A DNA stretch of 64,000 nt from an uncultured Planctomycetaceae bacterium. Its GTDB lineage: Bacteria > Planctomycetota > Planctomycetia > Isosphaerales > Isosphaeraceae. Shown here one piece after another: positions 43,009-51,542 of the stretch; position 1 is the first letter of the stretch, and the number at the start of each line of letters is the position of its first letter. Both the position numbers and the translations under genes were made by a program. The notes under the pieces were generated by a model, which was not told the origin of the DNA, did no database searches, and worked only from the letters and a program-made list of their open reading frames with translations. The DNA is taken from positions 5,568,001 to 5,632,000 of the forward strand of contig CAWIAD010000002.1 in the NCBI GenBank assembly GCA_963833985.1, written 5' to 3'.

Positions 43009-44808
43009 TCAGCTTGGTGAGGACAAGCCGCCGGGGCCAGGCGGACTCGCCCCGCCCGGGCCCGGCGGGTTCCCACCGCCAGGCCCCGGCTGCCCGCGTC
43101 GGTTCATAAGCTCGCTTAGCTTTATGAGTAGGTCCTCCATCTTGTCCTTCAACGTGTCTAGGGACTCTCGCATTACACCTTGCACCTGGCTCCAAATCTC
43201 ATCGTCCTCGGGATCGTCTGGGGGCTCGCTGTCATTTCCCAGGACGTCCCAGACGGCCATAGAGCTAGCGATCTTGGCTAGCTCATCCTTAACCGCTTGG
43301 ATTTCTTCCTCAAGCTCCTTGGTTGCGTGAGCCATCATCGCCCGCCCGTATAACTTAATCGCGTACACATTCTGAGCATACTTGATCTTCTGCGTCAGGA
43401 CATCGCCAGCTAGCTTAAAGCTTTGTTCAGCTTGATAGGCCTCGTACCATTGCTCGGAGAGGTGGTACCCGTAGGCCAATTCTGCACCTATGATCGCGGA
43501 GCCCGCTACCGTAATTACGCCGGCGCCCGTGAGCAGCAGTCCTCCTCCGGACGCAATGGCGGTCAGCGTCAAGGCGTTTGAGCCTGTAGCGTCAACAGCG
43601 TTCGTGGTGTTGTTCGAGACGTATCGGTACAAGTTTCGGTCGCCGGCCCTGAACCAATACGGATCTTGTTCCAGGAACCGCCCAACCCCTGCTCCATACC
43701 ACCGCGCGTGATCGTAGTACTGCCCGATCGCGGCGTCCCACTCCATCCCCGTGAACTTGAACCGGTCGCCGTTTCCTCCGCTGCTCTCGCTGAGGATGTC
43801 GCCGTAGCTGTCGTAGACGATGTGGTCCAGCTCGGCACCTGTAGTACTAACGATGTCGCGGATGCTCCCTAACCTGTCGGTCAGATACCACGCCGTTGTG
43901 CCGCCGGACGATGTTCGCGCCAGGATCTCATCCACGGCCGGACCATAGACGTAGCGGGTGAGGAGGGTTCCGGAAGCGCTGAAGTCGGCGTAGGGGTTGG
44001 CGTCAGGACCCTGGCCGTCGTAGACGGTCCACATCTGCGTGCCGTTCGTATCCACTCCGATGCGGTGGTCCAGTGCATCGTAGGTGTAGGTCACCTGCTC
44101 CAGCGTCGTGCCGCCGGAGTTTTTCTCCACCGCGCTCATCATCCGGTTGCGGTCGTCGTAGCTGAACGTCCACACGTTTCCATTCGAGAGCTGAGTCTCG
44201 CCGATCGTGTTGCCCTCGTTGTCGTAGGTGAACGTGTAGCCGCCACCGGATTGCAGCTCGTTGCCCGTGCCTGTCGTGTAGCCCGACATGTTGCGGTTGC
44301 CACCCGAGTCGTAGCTGTAGTTCTCGGTGCGTGAGCCCTTGGCGGTGAGCAGTTCACCTCCGGAGTCATAGCTGTAAGTAACGGTCCCTTCGGCGTTGAC
44401 CTCGGTCGTGACGCGGTTGGCGTTGTCGTAGCCGTAGAGGTACGTCGCCAGCGCCGTGCCCGTACCCGTCTGGTCGGTGATGGTTCCGACTCGATTGGCG
44501 GAATCGTAGACGATCGAGGTATTGACCGAGGTGCCCAGGCCGCCGATGGTGCGCGAGAGCGAGGTGAGCTGGTTGGCCGGGTCGTAGCCGAATAGGATCT
44601 GCGGGCCGGCGGCGCCGTTGTAGCTCGCCGAGATGGTGGTCAGGCGGAACGCAGCGTCGTACTGGTACGTGATGATTCCAGCGTTGCCGGTGATGCTGTC
44701 GCTCAGGCTGGTGCGGTCGTGATAGGCGTCGTAGCCGGAGGTCAATGTCACGCTCGGCTGGTGCGTCCCGCCGCCCGACGTCGCATCGGTCAGCATGTTG
44801 CCGCCGGA
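43009..44808 (-). CDS. Orphan Rhs cassette 3: core fragment plus unique tip (hydrophobic segment and coiled coil)
   Basis: Near-copy of the main gene core ending in NTTNAVDATGS, followed by an unrelated tip of about 190 aa. Confidence 0.88.
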   Translation of the reverse strand, partial: SGGNMLTDATSGGGTHQPSVTLTSGYDAYHDRTSLSDSITGNAGIITYQYDAAFRLTTISASYNGAAGPQILFGYDPANQLTSLSRTIGGLGTSVNTSIVYDSANRVGTITDQTGTGTALATYLYGYDNANRVTTEVNAEGTVTYSYDSGGELLTAKGSRTENYSYDSGGNRNMSGYTTGTGNELQSGGGYTFTYDNEGNTIGETQLSNGNVWTFSYDDRNRMMSAVEKNSGGTTLEQVTYTYDALDHRIGVDTNGTQMWTVYDGQGPDANPYADFSASGTLLTRYVYGPAVDEILARTSSGGTTAWYLTDRLGSIRDIVSTTGAELDHIVYDSYGDILSESSGGNGDRFKFTGMEWDAAIGQYYDHARWYGAGVGRFLEQDPYWFRAGDRNLYRYVSNNTTNAVDATGSNALTLTAIASGGGLLLTGAGVITVAGSAIIGAELAYGYHLSEQWYEAYQAEQSFKLAGDVLTQKIKYAQNVYAIKLYGRAMMAHATKELEEEIQAVKDELAKIASSMAVWDVLGNDSEPPDDPEDDEIWSQVQGVMRESLDTLKDKMEDLLIKLSELMNRRGQPGPGGGNPPGPGGASPPGPGGLSSPS

Positions 44809-44919
44809 GATACACATGGAGCTCAAAGTCCACAGCCGCATTGCCCGCTCCTTAGCGAATAATTACCCTCGCGGATGATAGTGGCAGCCCAAGACTTGCC
44901 CTTCTGACTCATCTTATCT

Positions 44920-44950
44920 GCGATCAGAGGAATGTCCCCTTTGGCTTTCC
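44920..44950. repeat. Cassette junction element copy C (short core)
   Basis: gcgatcagaggaatgtcccctt matches 47921-47942 at 21/22. Confidence 0.85.
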
Positions 44951-44953
44951 TGC

Positions 44954-46051
44954 CTACCTGCCTAGAAGGACGCGGACACCGCTCGGCAACAGCGTTTCAC
45001 AGTCATTCTCAGTAATGCCGGTCGACCTGAGGTCCAACACGCGGAGTTTGGAGAGCCTGCGGAGCCTCGACAGCGACCTGGCCGTTATCGCGGCCCCGCG
45101 GAGGTATAGAACTTCCAAGTTCGGCAACAGCCCGAGCTCAAGCACGTGTGCATCGGTTACTCTGCATCCGGAGAGGTCAAGAGTTATTAACCCCGCCCAC
45201 CGGGGATCAGCCAGCCAGCTCAGCCCGGTTACCGCCGTGTCGGATGCGTAAAGATACCTAACCCTGGGCGCGTCCACCGCTATCAAGCCTCGCGCGCTTA
45301 CACGATCACCTGAAACATCCAGCAGCTCCAACCCTGGTAAGCGCGCACGGGCAAGCCCCTCATCACTCACGCCGGTGCAAGCCACCGATAATGAACGTAG
45401 GGAGGGAAGTGCACTGAGGATCGGCAGCGCCTTATCCGTTATCTGCGTATGGCTGAGCCCTAGGGCCTTCAGGCGTCTCAGTCTCTCGAGTTCTCGGATG
45501 CCGCGGTCTGTCACCTTGCAGCCGGCTAGATTGATCTCCTCTACGTTTTCGTTGCGTCCCAGGTATCTCAGAGCGATGTCCGTCACGGCCGTGTCGCCGA
45601 GAACGATTACCCTCAGTCGCTTGAGCCGATCGATCCCCTCCAGCCAATCGTCCCTCACCGCAGACTCGCGTAGCACCAACTCCTCCATTTCCCCGAGGCA
45701 AAACGAATCTTGAAACGTCGCGCGATCCAACTCCGTGTTACGAGTGAAGTCAAGCCCCAGGATGTATCTCCTCCCCTCGCGTGGCTCCTCGAACACCACG
45801 GCTCCAATGTTCTCTAGTCGGCGGAGTACGCGGCCTCTCTCTTGGGCTTGCTGCTGGGAGATGGGCGCGCCCGCAACGGGCTGGCACGCAGGAGCGATCC
45901 CTAGGCCCCACTCCCGCGGATCCGCAAAGGGGAGGCAGTTAGCCGCGAGCAGGGTAACAAACAGAGGAACTCTGCAATAGGTCCGAGCACGGAGCTCACG
46001 CTCAGGTGGGTAGCCCGGCTTACGACCAACGCTGTGGACGGGGTGTTTCAT
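44954..46051 (-). CDS. Leucine-rich-repeat protein, putative immunity partner of cassette 2
   Basis: Repeated LxxLxLxxTxVTDxGL units (LKALGLSHTQITDKAL, LDLSGCRVTD), hydrophobic N-terminal segment. Confidence 0.85.
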   Translation of the reverse strand: MKHPVHSVGRKPGYPPERELRARTYCRVPLFVTLLAANCLPFADPREWGLGIAPACQPVAGAPISQQQAQERGRVLRRLENIGAVVFEEPREGRRYILGLDFTRNTELDRATFQDSFCLGEMEELVLRESAVRDDWLEGIDRLKRLRVIVLGDTAVTDIALRYLGRNENVEEINLAGCKVTDRGIRELERLRRLKALGLSHTQITDKALPILSALPSLRSLSVACTGVSDEGLARARLPGLELLDVSGDRVSARGLIAVDAPRVRYLYASDTAVTGLSWLADPRWAGLITLDLSGCRVTDAHVLELGLLPNLEVLYLRGAAITARSLSRLRRLSKLRVLDLRSTGITENDCETLLPSGVRVLLGR

Positions 46052-46067
46052 CTCGGGCTTGTCCGCG

Positions 46068-47856
46068 TCACGGTTGCGTTTTACTCTGATTCGACTGTTT
46101 CTGCTGCTGCAACTGCTGCATCATCCCCTTTACAATACTCTGCACAAACTCCTGGGCTGCTTTATTTAGGTCCATATACTGATTCGCGGTATAATGCTTC
46201 TTCCTATACGTCTGCATCTGAGACTGCTCAGAGGTGAGTGGGTAGTAAGCTGTCATGTAGTCATATAGGGTGCCATAGCTGGAGTCACCTCCGATCTTGT
46301 GATGAATCGCCGTGGGCTCCGGATGGTTCGCGTTATTGTTTGTGTAGAACAAATAGGCGTGAAGCATCTCGTGCACTAGCATATCGTAGATCAGGGCGCT
46401 CTCGGTTTTGGGCAGCCTGCCACTCCTCGTTCCTGAGGTAAATCTTCGTAGTGAGATTTGAGTAAGTCCGTGCGAGATAATAACTGTCCTGGTCGAGGAT
46501 TTCCACATCATATTTATCCTTTATTGTATTATAATAGCGCATGTAATCTTTATTTTTTTTGAGATTCTCCATAGCCGCCTCAATTTCCTGTCGGAGGGTG
46601 TCGCTGTCGATCGTCGGAGCCGTATTGGACAAGCCACTCGGGTCGACAAAGTCGGTCACGCCATTGCCGGCGTAGCGGTAGAGATCCGTGTCTCCGGCAC
46701 CGTAGGATGACGGGTCGATTGTTAGGAAGCGTCCGTCTTGCGCCCCATACCACCTCGCGTGATCATAGTATTGCTGAATTGCCGCATCCCACTCCATCCC
46801 CGTGAACTTGAACCGATCCCCGTTGGATCCGCCACTGCTCTCGGAGAGAATGTTGCCGTAGCTGTCGTAGACCACGTGATCGATGCTCGTTCCGGAAGTG
46901 TTCACGATGTCGCGCACGCTCCCTAACCGGTCGGTGAGATACCAACCGGTCGTGCCGCCGGACGAGGTTCGCGCCAAGATCTCGTCAACGGCTTGCGTCG
47001 AGACGTATCGGGTCAGCAGCGTTCCCGAGCCGTTGAAGTCGGCGTAGGGATTTGCGTCGGCGCCCTGGCCGTCGTACACGGTCCACATCTGGGTGCCGTT
47101 GGTGTCGACCCCGATGCGGTGGTCCAGCGAGTCGTAGGTGTACGTCACCTGCTCCAGGGTCGTGCCGCCGGAATTCTTCTCCACGGCGCTTGTCATCCGG
47201 TTGCGATCGTCGTAGCCAAAGGTCCAGACGTTTCCATTCGAGAGCTGGGTCTCGCCGATCGTGTTGCCTTCCTTGTCGTACGTGAACGTGTAGCCGCCGC
47301 CGGATGACAGCTCGTTGCCCGTGCCCGTAGTGTAGCCGGACATGTTCCGGTTGCCACCCGAGTCATAGGAATAATTCTCGGTGCGCGAGCCCCGCGCTGT
47401 GAGCAATTCACCACCGGAGTCATAGCCGTAGGTGACCGTGCCCTCGGCGTTGACCTCGGTGGTCACGCGGTTGGCGTTGTCGTAGCCATAAACATACGTT
47501 GAGAGTGCCGTTCCAGTGCCCGTCTGGTCCGTGATCGTGCCGACACGGTTGGCGGCATCATAGACGATCGAGGTGTTCACCGCCGTGCCCGAGCCGCCGA
47601 TGGTGCGGTCGATCGAGGTGAGCCGGTTGCCCGGGTCGTACCCCAGCACCACCTGCGGCCCGGCGCTGCCGTTGTAGCTGGCCGAGATGTTCGTCAGCCG
47701 AAAAGCAGGGTCGTACTGGAAGGTCGTCACGCCGACATTCCCCGTGATGTTGTCCGTCAAGCTGGTGCGGTCGTGGTACGCGTCGTAGCCGGAGCTCAAT
47801 GTCACGCTCGGCTGGTGGCTGCCCGGACCCGACGTGGAGTCGGTGAGCTGGTTGCC
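46068..47856 (-). CDS. Orphan Rhs cassette 2: core fragment plus HEXXH zinc-metallopeptidase tip (frameshift near 46405)
   Basis: Core ends VDPSGL at about 46630. The AT-rich tip continues in another frame with LIYDMLVHEMLHAYL. Confidence 0.85.
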
Positions 47857-47857
47857 T

Positions 47858-47960
47858 CGAATCCTCGTGAGTCGAATTACGGACACGTTCAAGGCTTTAT
47901 CCATTCTGCGCAATTTGCTCGCGATCAGAGGAACGTCCCCTTCAGCCTCCTTGTCCCTTT
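47858..47960. repeat. Cassette junction element copy B (90 bp plus an extra tgtcccttt unit)
   Basis: cgaatcctcgtgagtcgaattacggacacgttcaaggctttatccattctgcgcaatttgctcgcgatcagaggaacgtccccttcagcc. Confidence 0.9.
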
Positions 47961-48000
47961 TAGCTTTCACGTACAACGCTCAGTAGTGCCCCGGCTGGCT

Positions 48001-48462
48001 TTATTGCACATTGAGATCCTCGTCTCGCGGAATGAGGTAGAGGTCGAGCGAGAGGTCCAAGTTGAGCTGTCCTAGCCTGCCAAGTTGCGACGGGTATAGA
48101 TTGACCACGCCGAGGCCCTGACTTGACGCCCAGAAGCAAGATACTCTCGTCACACACCGACGCGCTTGAAGCTGCGAGAACTCATGGCGCGATGGCCAAA
48201 GCTTGTCCAGGATCCAGTCGACGTGTCGCCCGAGGTCCCTTGAATCGACGATCCCCTTCGACGAAAGGAACCAAGCGGTTACCGGGTACGACCGTTGCAA
48301 TCGCTCGTGCACACGTTCGCCGCGACGCTGAATCTGGCTTGGTGATATACCCAAACTCGCAGTGACCAAATCCGGATCGATTTCCTCGCTGTAGATGCAA
48401 AGTGTCGCGTATGTCCTAGAGCACGTCTCGGTTTGGTCGCAGTATCGCTCGTTATTTGGCAA
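48001..48462 (-). CDS. DUF4279-family protein, putative immunity partner of cassette 1
   Basis: TYATLCIYSEEIDPDLVTASLGISPS...WFLSS...HVDWILDKL...LGQLNLDLSLDLY. Start is uncertain (TTG 48462). Confidence 0.8.
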   Translation of the reverse strand: MPNNERYCDQTETCSRTYATLCIYSEEIDPDLVTASLGISPSQIQRRGERVHERLQRSYPVTAWFLSSKGIVDSRDLGRHVDWILDKLWPSRHEFSQLQARRCVTRVSCFWASSQGLGVVNLYPSQLGRLGQLNLDLSLDLYLIPRDEDLNVQ

Positions 48463-48631
48463 TGGCCCCGCCCCCGCCCGTCCGCGTCTTTGTTTTCTTG
48501 CCGCCCCGAGCCCTGCCCAGGAGATGCTCACCTTCCGGCGCGGGTGCACCGGTGTGCACCAAGTATGATCGATCACGAAGTGGCGACCGGGAAACGCAGT
48601 GACCGCGTCTACGCTTGTCCCGGCCTCCGAC

Positions 48632-50285
48632 CTACGTGTCTGGCGGGCAGTATCTCGGATCGACTTGCCACATCTGCCACTCAAATATGAAAAACGGGGC
48701 GACTGACACGGTCCCACGGCTCCGACCGAGCTCCACCAGCTCCCTGGCCAGCACTTCCCACTGCGAATAGCTCAGGTTATCATTGGGGCTTCTGCCAGTA
48801 GAATCCTTGAAATCATGCCCATAATCCGAGAGCTCGTATGGATTCAGGTTGTACCTCTTGGCCAGTTCCACGATGATCTTCCATCCCGAGGTCGCACTGA
48901 GCGTAGGAGTGGGGCCGGGCCTTGTGGGCGCCTGAGGCGGCACTGGTGGCGACGCCCGCCCAGGCCTGTTATGGCTTGGCGTCATGCCCTGCACGGGCTC
49001 ATCCGCCGCCGTTCCACCGCCGCTCATCCCGCTCGGGTCAGTGTAAGCAAGCGGCCGATCAGCCGCATAGCGGTAGACGTTGTCGTCCCCGGCCGAGAGA
49101 CCCAGCGGATCCTGCTCCGCAAACCTCCCGACCCCCGCCTCATACCACCTCGCATGATCATAATACTGCTCGATCGCCGCATCCCACTCCATGCCCGCGA
49201 ACTTGAACCGATCGCCGTTGGAGCCCCCGCTGCTCTCGGAGAGGATATTGCCGTAGCTGTCGTAGACGACGTGATCGATGCTCGTGCCGGACGTATTGAC
49301 GATGTCGCGAACGCTTCCTAACCTGTCGGCCAGGTACCAGGCGGTTGTGCCGCCCGAGCTGGTGCGGGCGAAGAGCTCGTCGACGGCTGGGCCGGAGACA
49401 TATCGCGTCAGTAATGTCCCTGAGCCGTTGAAGTCGGCGTAGGGGTTGGCGTCGGCGCCCTTTCCGTCGTACACGGTCCACATCTGAGTGCTGTTGGTGT
49501 CCACGCCGATGCGATGGTTCAGGGCATCATACGTATACGTTACCTGCTGGAGCGTCGTCCCGCCCGAATTCTTCTCCACGGCGCTGGTCATCCGGTTGCG
49601 ATCGTCGTAGCCGAACGTCCAGACGTCGTGAGTCGAGAGCTGCGTCTCGCCGATCGTGTTGCCTTCCTTGTCGTACGTGAACGTGTAGCCGCCGCCGGAC
49701 TTTAGCTCGTTACCCGTGCCGGTGGTGTAACCCGTCATGGTGCGGTTGCCACCCGAGTCATAGCTGTAGTTTTCCGTCCGCGAGCCGCGGGCGGTCAGTA
49801 GTTCACCACCGGAGTCATAGCCGTACGTGACGGTCCCCTCGGCGTTGACCTCGGTGGTCACGCGGTTGGCGTTGTCGTAGCCGTAGACGTAGGTTGATAG
49901 CGCCGTGCCGGTGCCCGTCTGATCGGTGATGGTACCGATGCGATTGGCGGCATCATAGACGATCGATGTGTTCACCGCCGTGCCTGAGCCGCCGATGGTG
50001 CGCGAGATCGAATTCTGGCGGTTGCCCGGGTCATAGCCCAGGATCACCTGGGGGCCGGCCGTGCCGTTGTAGCTGGCCGAGATGTTCGTCAGCCGGAAGG
50101 CGGCGGCGTACTGGAACGTCGCCAGCCCGGCGTTGCCAGCGATGTTGTCGGTCAGGGTGATGCGGTCGTGGTAAGCGTCGTAGCCGGAGGTGAGCGTGAC
50201 GCTCGGCTGGCCCGTGCCGCCGGAAGTCGAGTCGGTCAGCATGTTGCCGCCGGAGTCGTGGGCATGAGTGATGGTAGCGTAGTTA
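48632..50285 (-). CDS. Orphan Rhs cassette 1: core fragment plus unique tip of about 130 aa
   Basis: Homology to the main gene begins at NYAT. Core ends PLAYTDPSGM. Tip contains ELSDYGHDFKDSTGRSPNDNLS. Confidence 0.88.
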
Positions 50286-50293
50286 ATCAAAAC

Positions 50294-50384
50294 AATGACT
50301 CCTGACATCTTATCTCTGACACTTTATCCTCTCACCTTATCCCCCTCCCTGACACCTTATCCCCCTTTGAAACCTTATCCCCCT
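50294..50384. repeat. Junction D: five degenerate tandem (TGAC)ACCTTATCCCCCT units
   Basis: cctgacatcttatct ctgacactttatcct ctcaccttatccccct ccctgacaccttatccccct ttgaaaccttatccccct. Confidence 0.85.
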
Positions 50385-51463
50385 CCGTCGCTGGGTGGCC
50401 CGTGCTGAGGTGCTGCCTCCCGCGCGGGCTTGATGGGAGCGGCGCTCTTGGCCCTCGCCAACGACGGTACGTCCCAGAGCTTGATCGTATGATCCCGGCT
50501 GCCGGTGGCGAGCAGTTTCCCGTCCGAAGAAAACGCCACACAGCGTACAACGTTGCCATGGCACTTCAGCACCGTGAGGACGTCGAACGAGTCGGGCTCG
50601 AAAAGGTGCAAGGTCCCGTCCCGGCATCCCGCGGCCAGCAACTTGCTGTCAGGCGAAAAAGCGACCGAGTCTACATGGCCATGGAAACCGCGGAGCGTCG
50701 CTTTCAGATTGTTGGTATTCATGTACCACACCCGAGCCGTGTCGTCATCTCCGCCGGAGGCGATCCACCTAGTGTCTGGGGAGAAGCAGACGGAGTTTGG
50801 CATTCGGATGTGGCCAGTCAACGTGACACGCGACCGCCAAGTCGTCGTGTCCCAGACAACAACATCATGCCCCCTGGTGGTCGCCATGCAGGAACCATCA
50901 GTGGAAAACGCCACGCAGTTGCTAAAAGGAAGACTCGGCAACGCCTCCCCGGCAACGGATGTCACCACCCGATCAGTCCGGAGATCGTAGAGCAAAGTCT
51001 GCCCTTTCAGGCCCGCGCTAGAGATGGCAAGGATCGAGCCGTCGCGAGAGTACGCGATAGCGAAGATCGTATCCTGAGTGTTGTGTATCTCCCTATTTAG
51101 CCCGGTGGCTACATCCCAAAGCTCGACGCTGCTGTCCTGAATAATGCGCCGATGGTTAACCCTCAGCGAATGATATGACGAGGTGGAGGCGACCTTCTTG
51201 CCGTCGGGTGAAAAGGCAACTCTGCCGATGGACGAGCGCTTCGAAAAACATGCTCGTTCCGCGCCCACTACTGTGTCCCATAGTCTGATAGTCTGATCAT
51301 CGTTACCGGCTGATGCCAAGAGCTTTCCGTCAGGAGAAAAGGACACGCAGCTCACCTCGTCCTTGTGGCCAACCAGAGTAGCAATCGGCTGGACGTCTTG
51401 CGCTTTGAGCGGCCAATGGTTGGCGATCGCTAGACAGACGATGGGGCACAGCAACTTGTGCAT
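50375..51463 (-). CDS. Exported WD40 beta-propeller protein, putative cognate partner of the main Rhs tip
   Basis: Signal-peptide-like start, about 7 GH...FSPDG...WD repeats, lower GC. Confidence 0.9.
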   Translation of the reverse strand: MHKLLCPIVCLAIANHWPLKAQDVQPIATLVGHKDEVSCVSFSPDGKLLASAGNDDQTIRLWDTVVGAERACFSKRSSIGRVAFSPDGKKVASTSSYHSLRVNHRRIIQDSSVELWDVATGLNREIHNTQDTIFAIAYSRDGSILAISSAGLKGQTLLYDLRTDRVVTSVAGEALPSLPFSNCVAFSTDGSCMATTRGHDVVVWDTTTWRSRVTLTGHIRMPNSVCFSPDTRWIASGGDDDTARVWYMNTNNLKATLRGFHGHVDSVAFSPDSKLLAAGCRDGTLHLFEPDSFDVLTVLKCHGNVVRCVAFSSDGKLLATGSRDHTIKLWDVPSLARAKSAAPIKPAREAAPQHGPPSDGGG

Positions 51464-51542
51464 GACAATTCCTTACTCGAATTTAGGGGAGGCAAGGGAC
51501 GGTCCAGCTACGACGGCAGCAAAAGCGAGAGGGGTCATGAGA

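Noticed and set aside
50294..50384. CRISPR array
   Set aside because: Units are 14-20 nt, degenerate and without unique spacers, and no cas genes are present.
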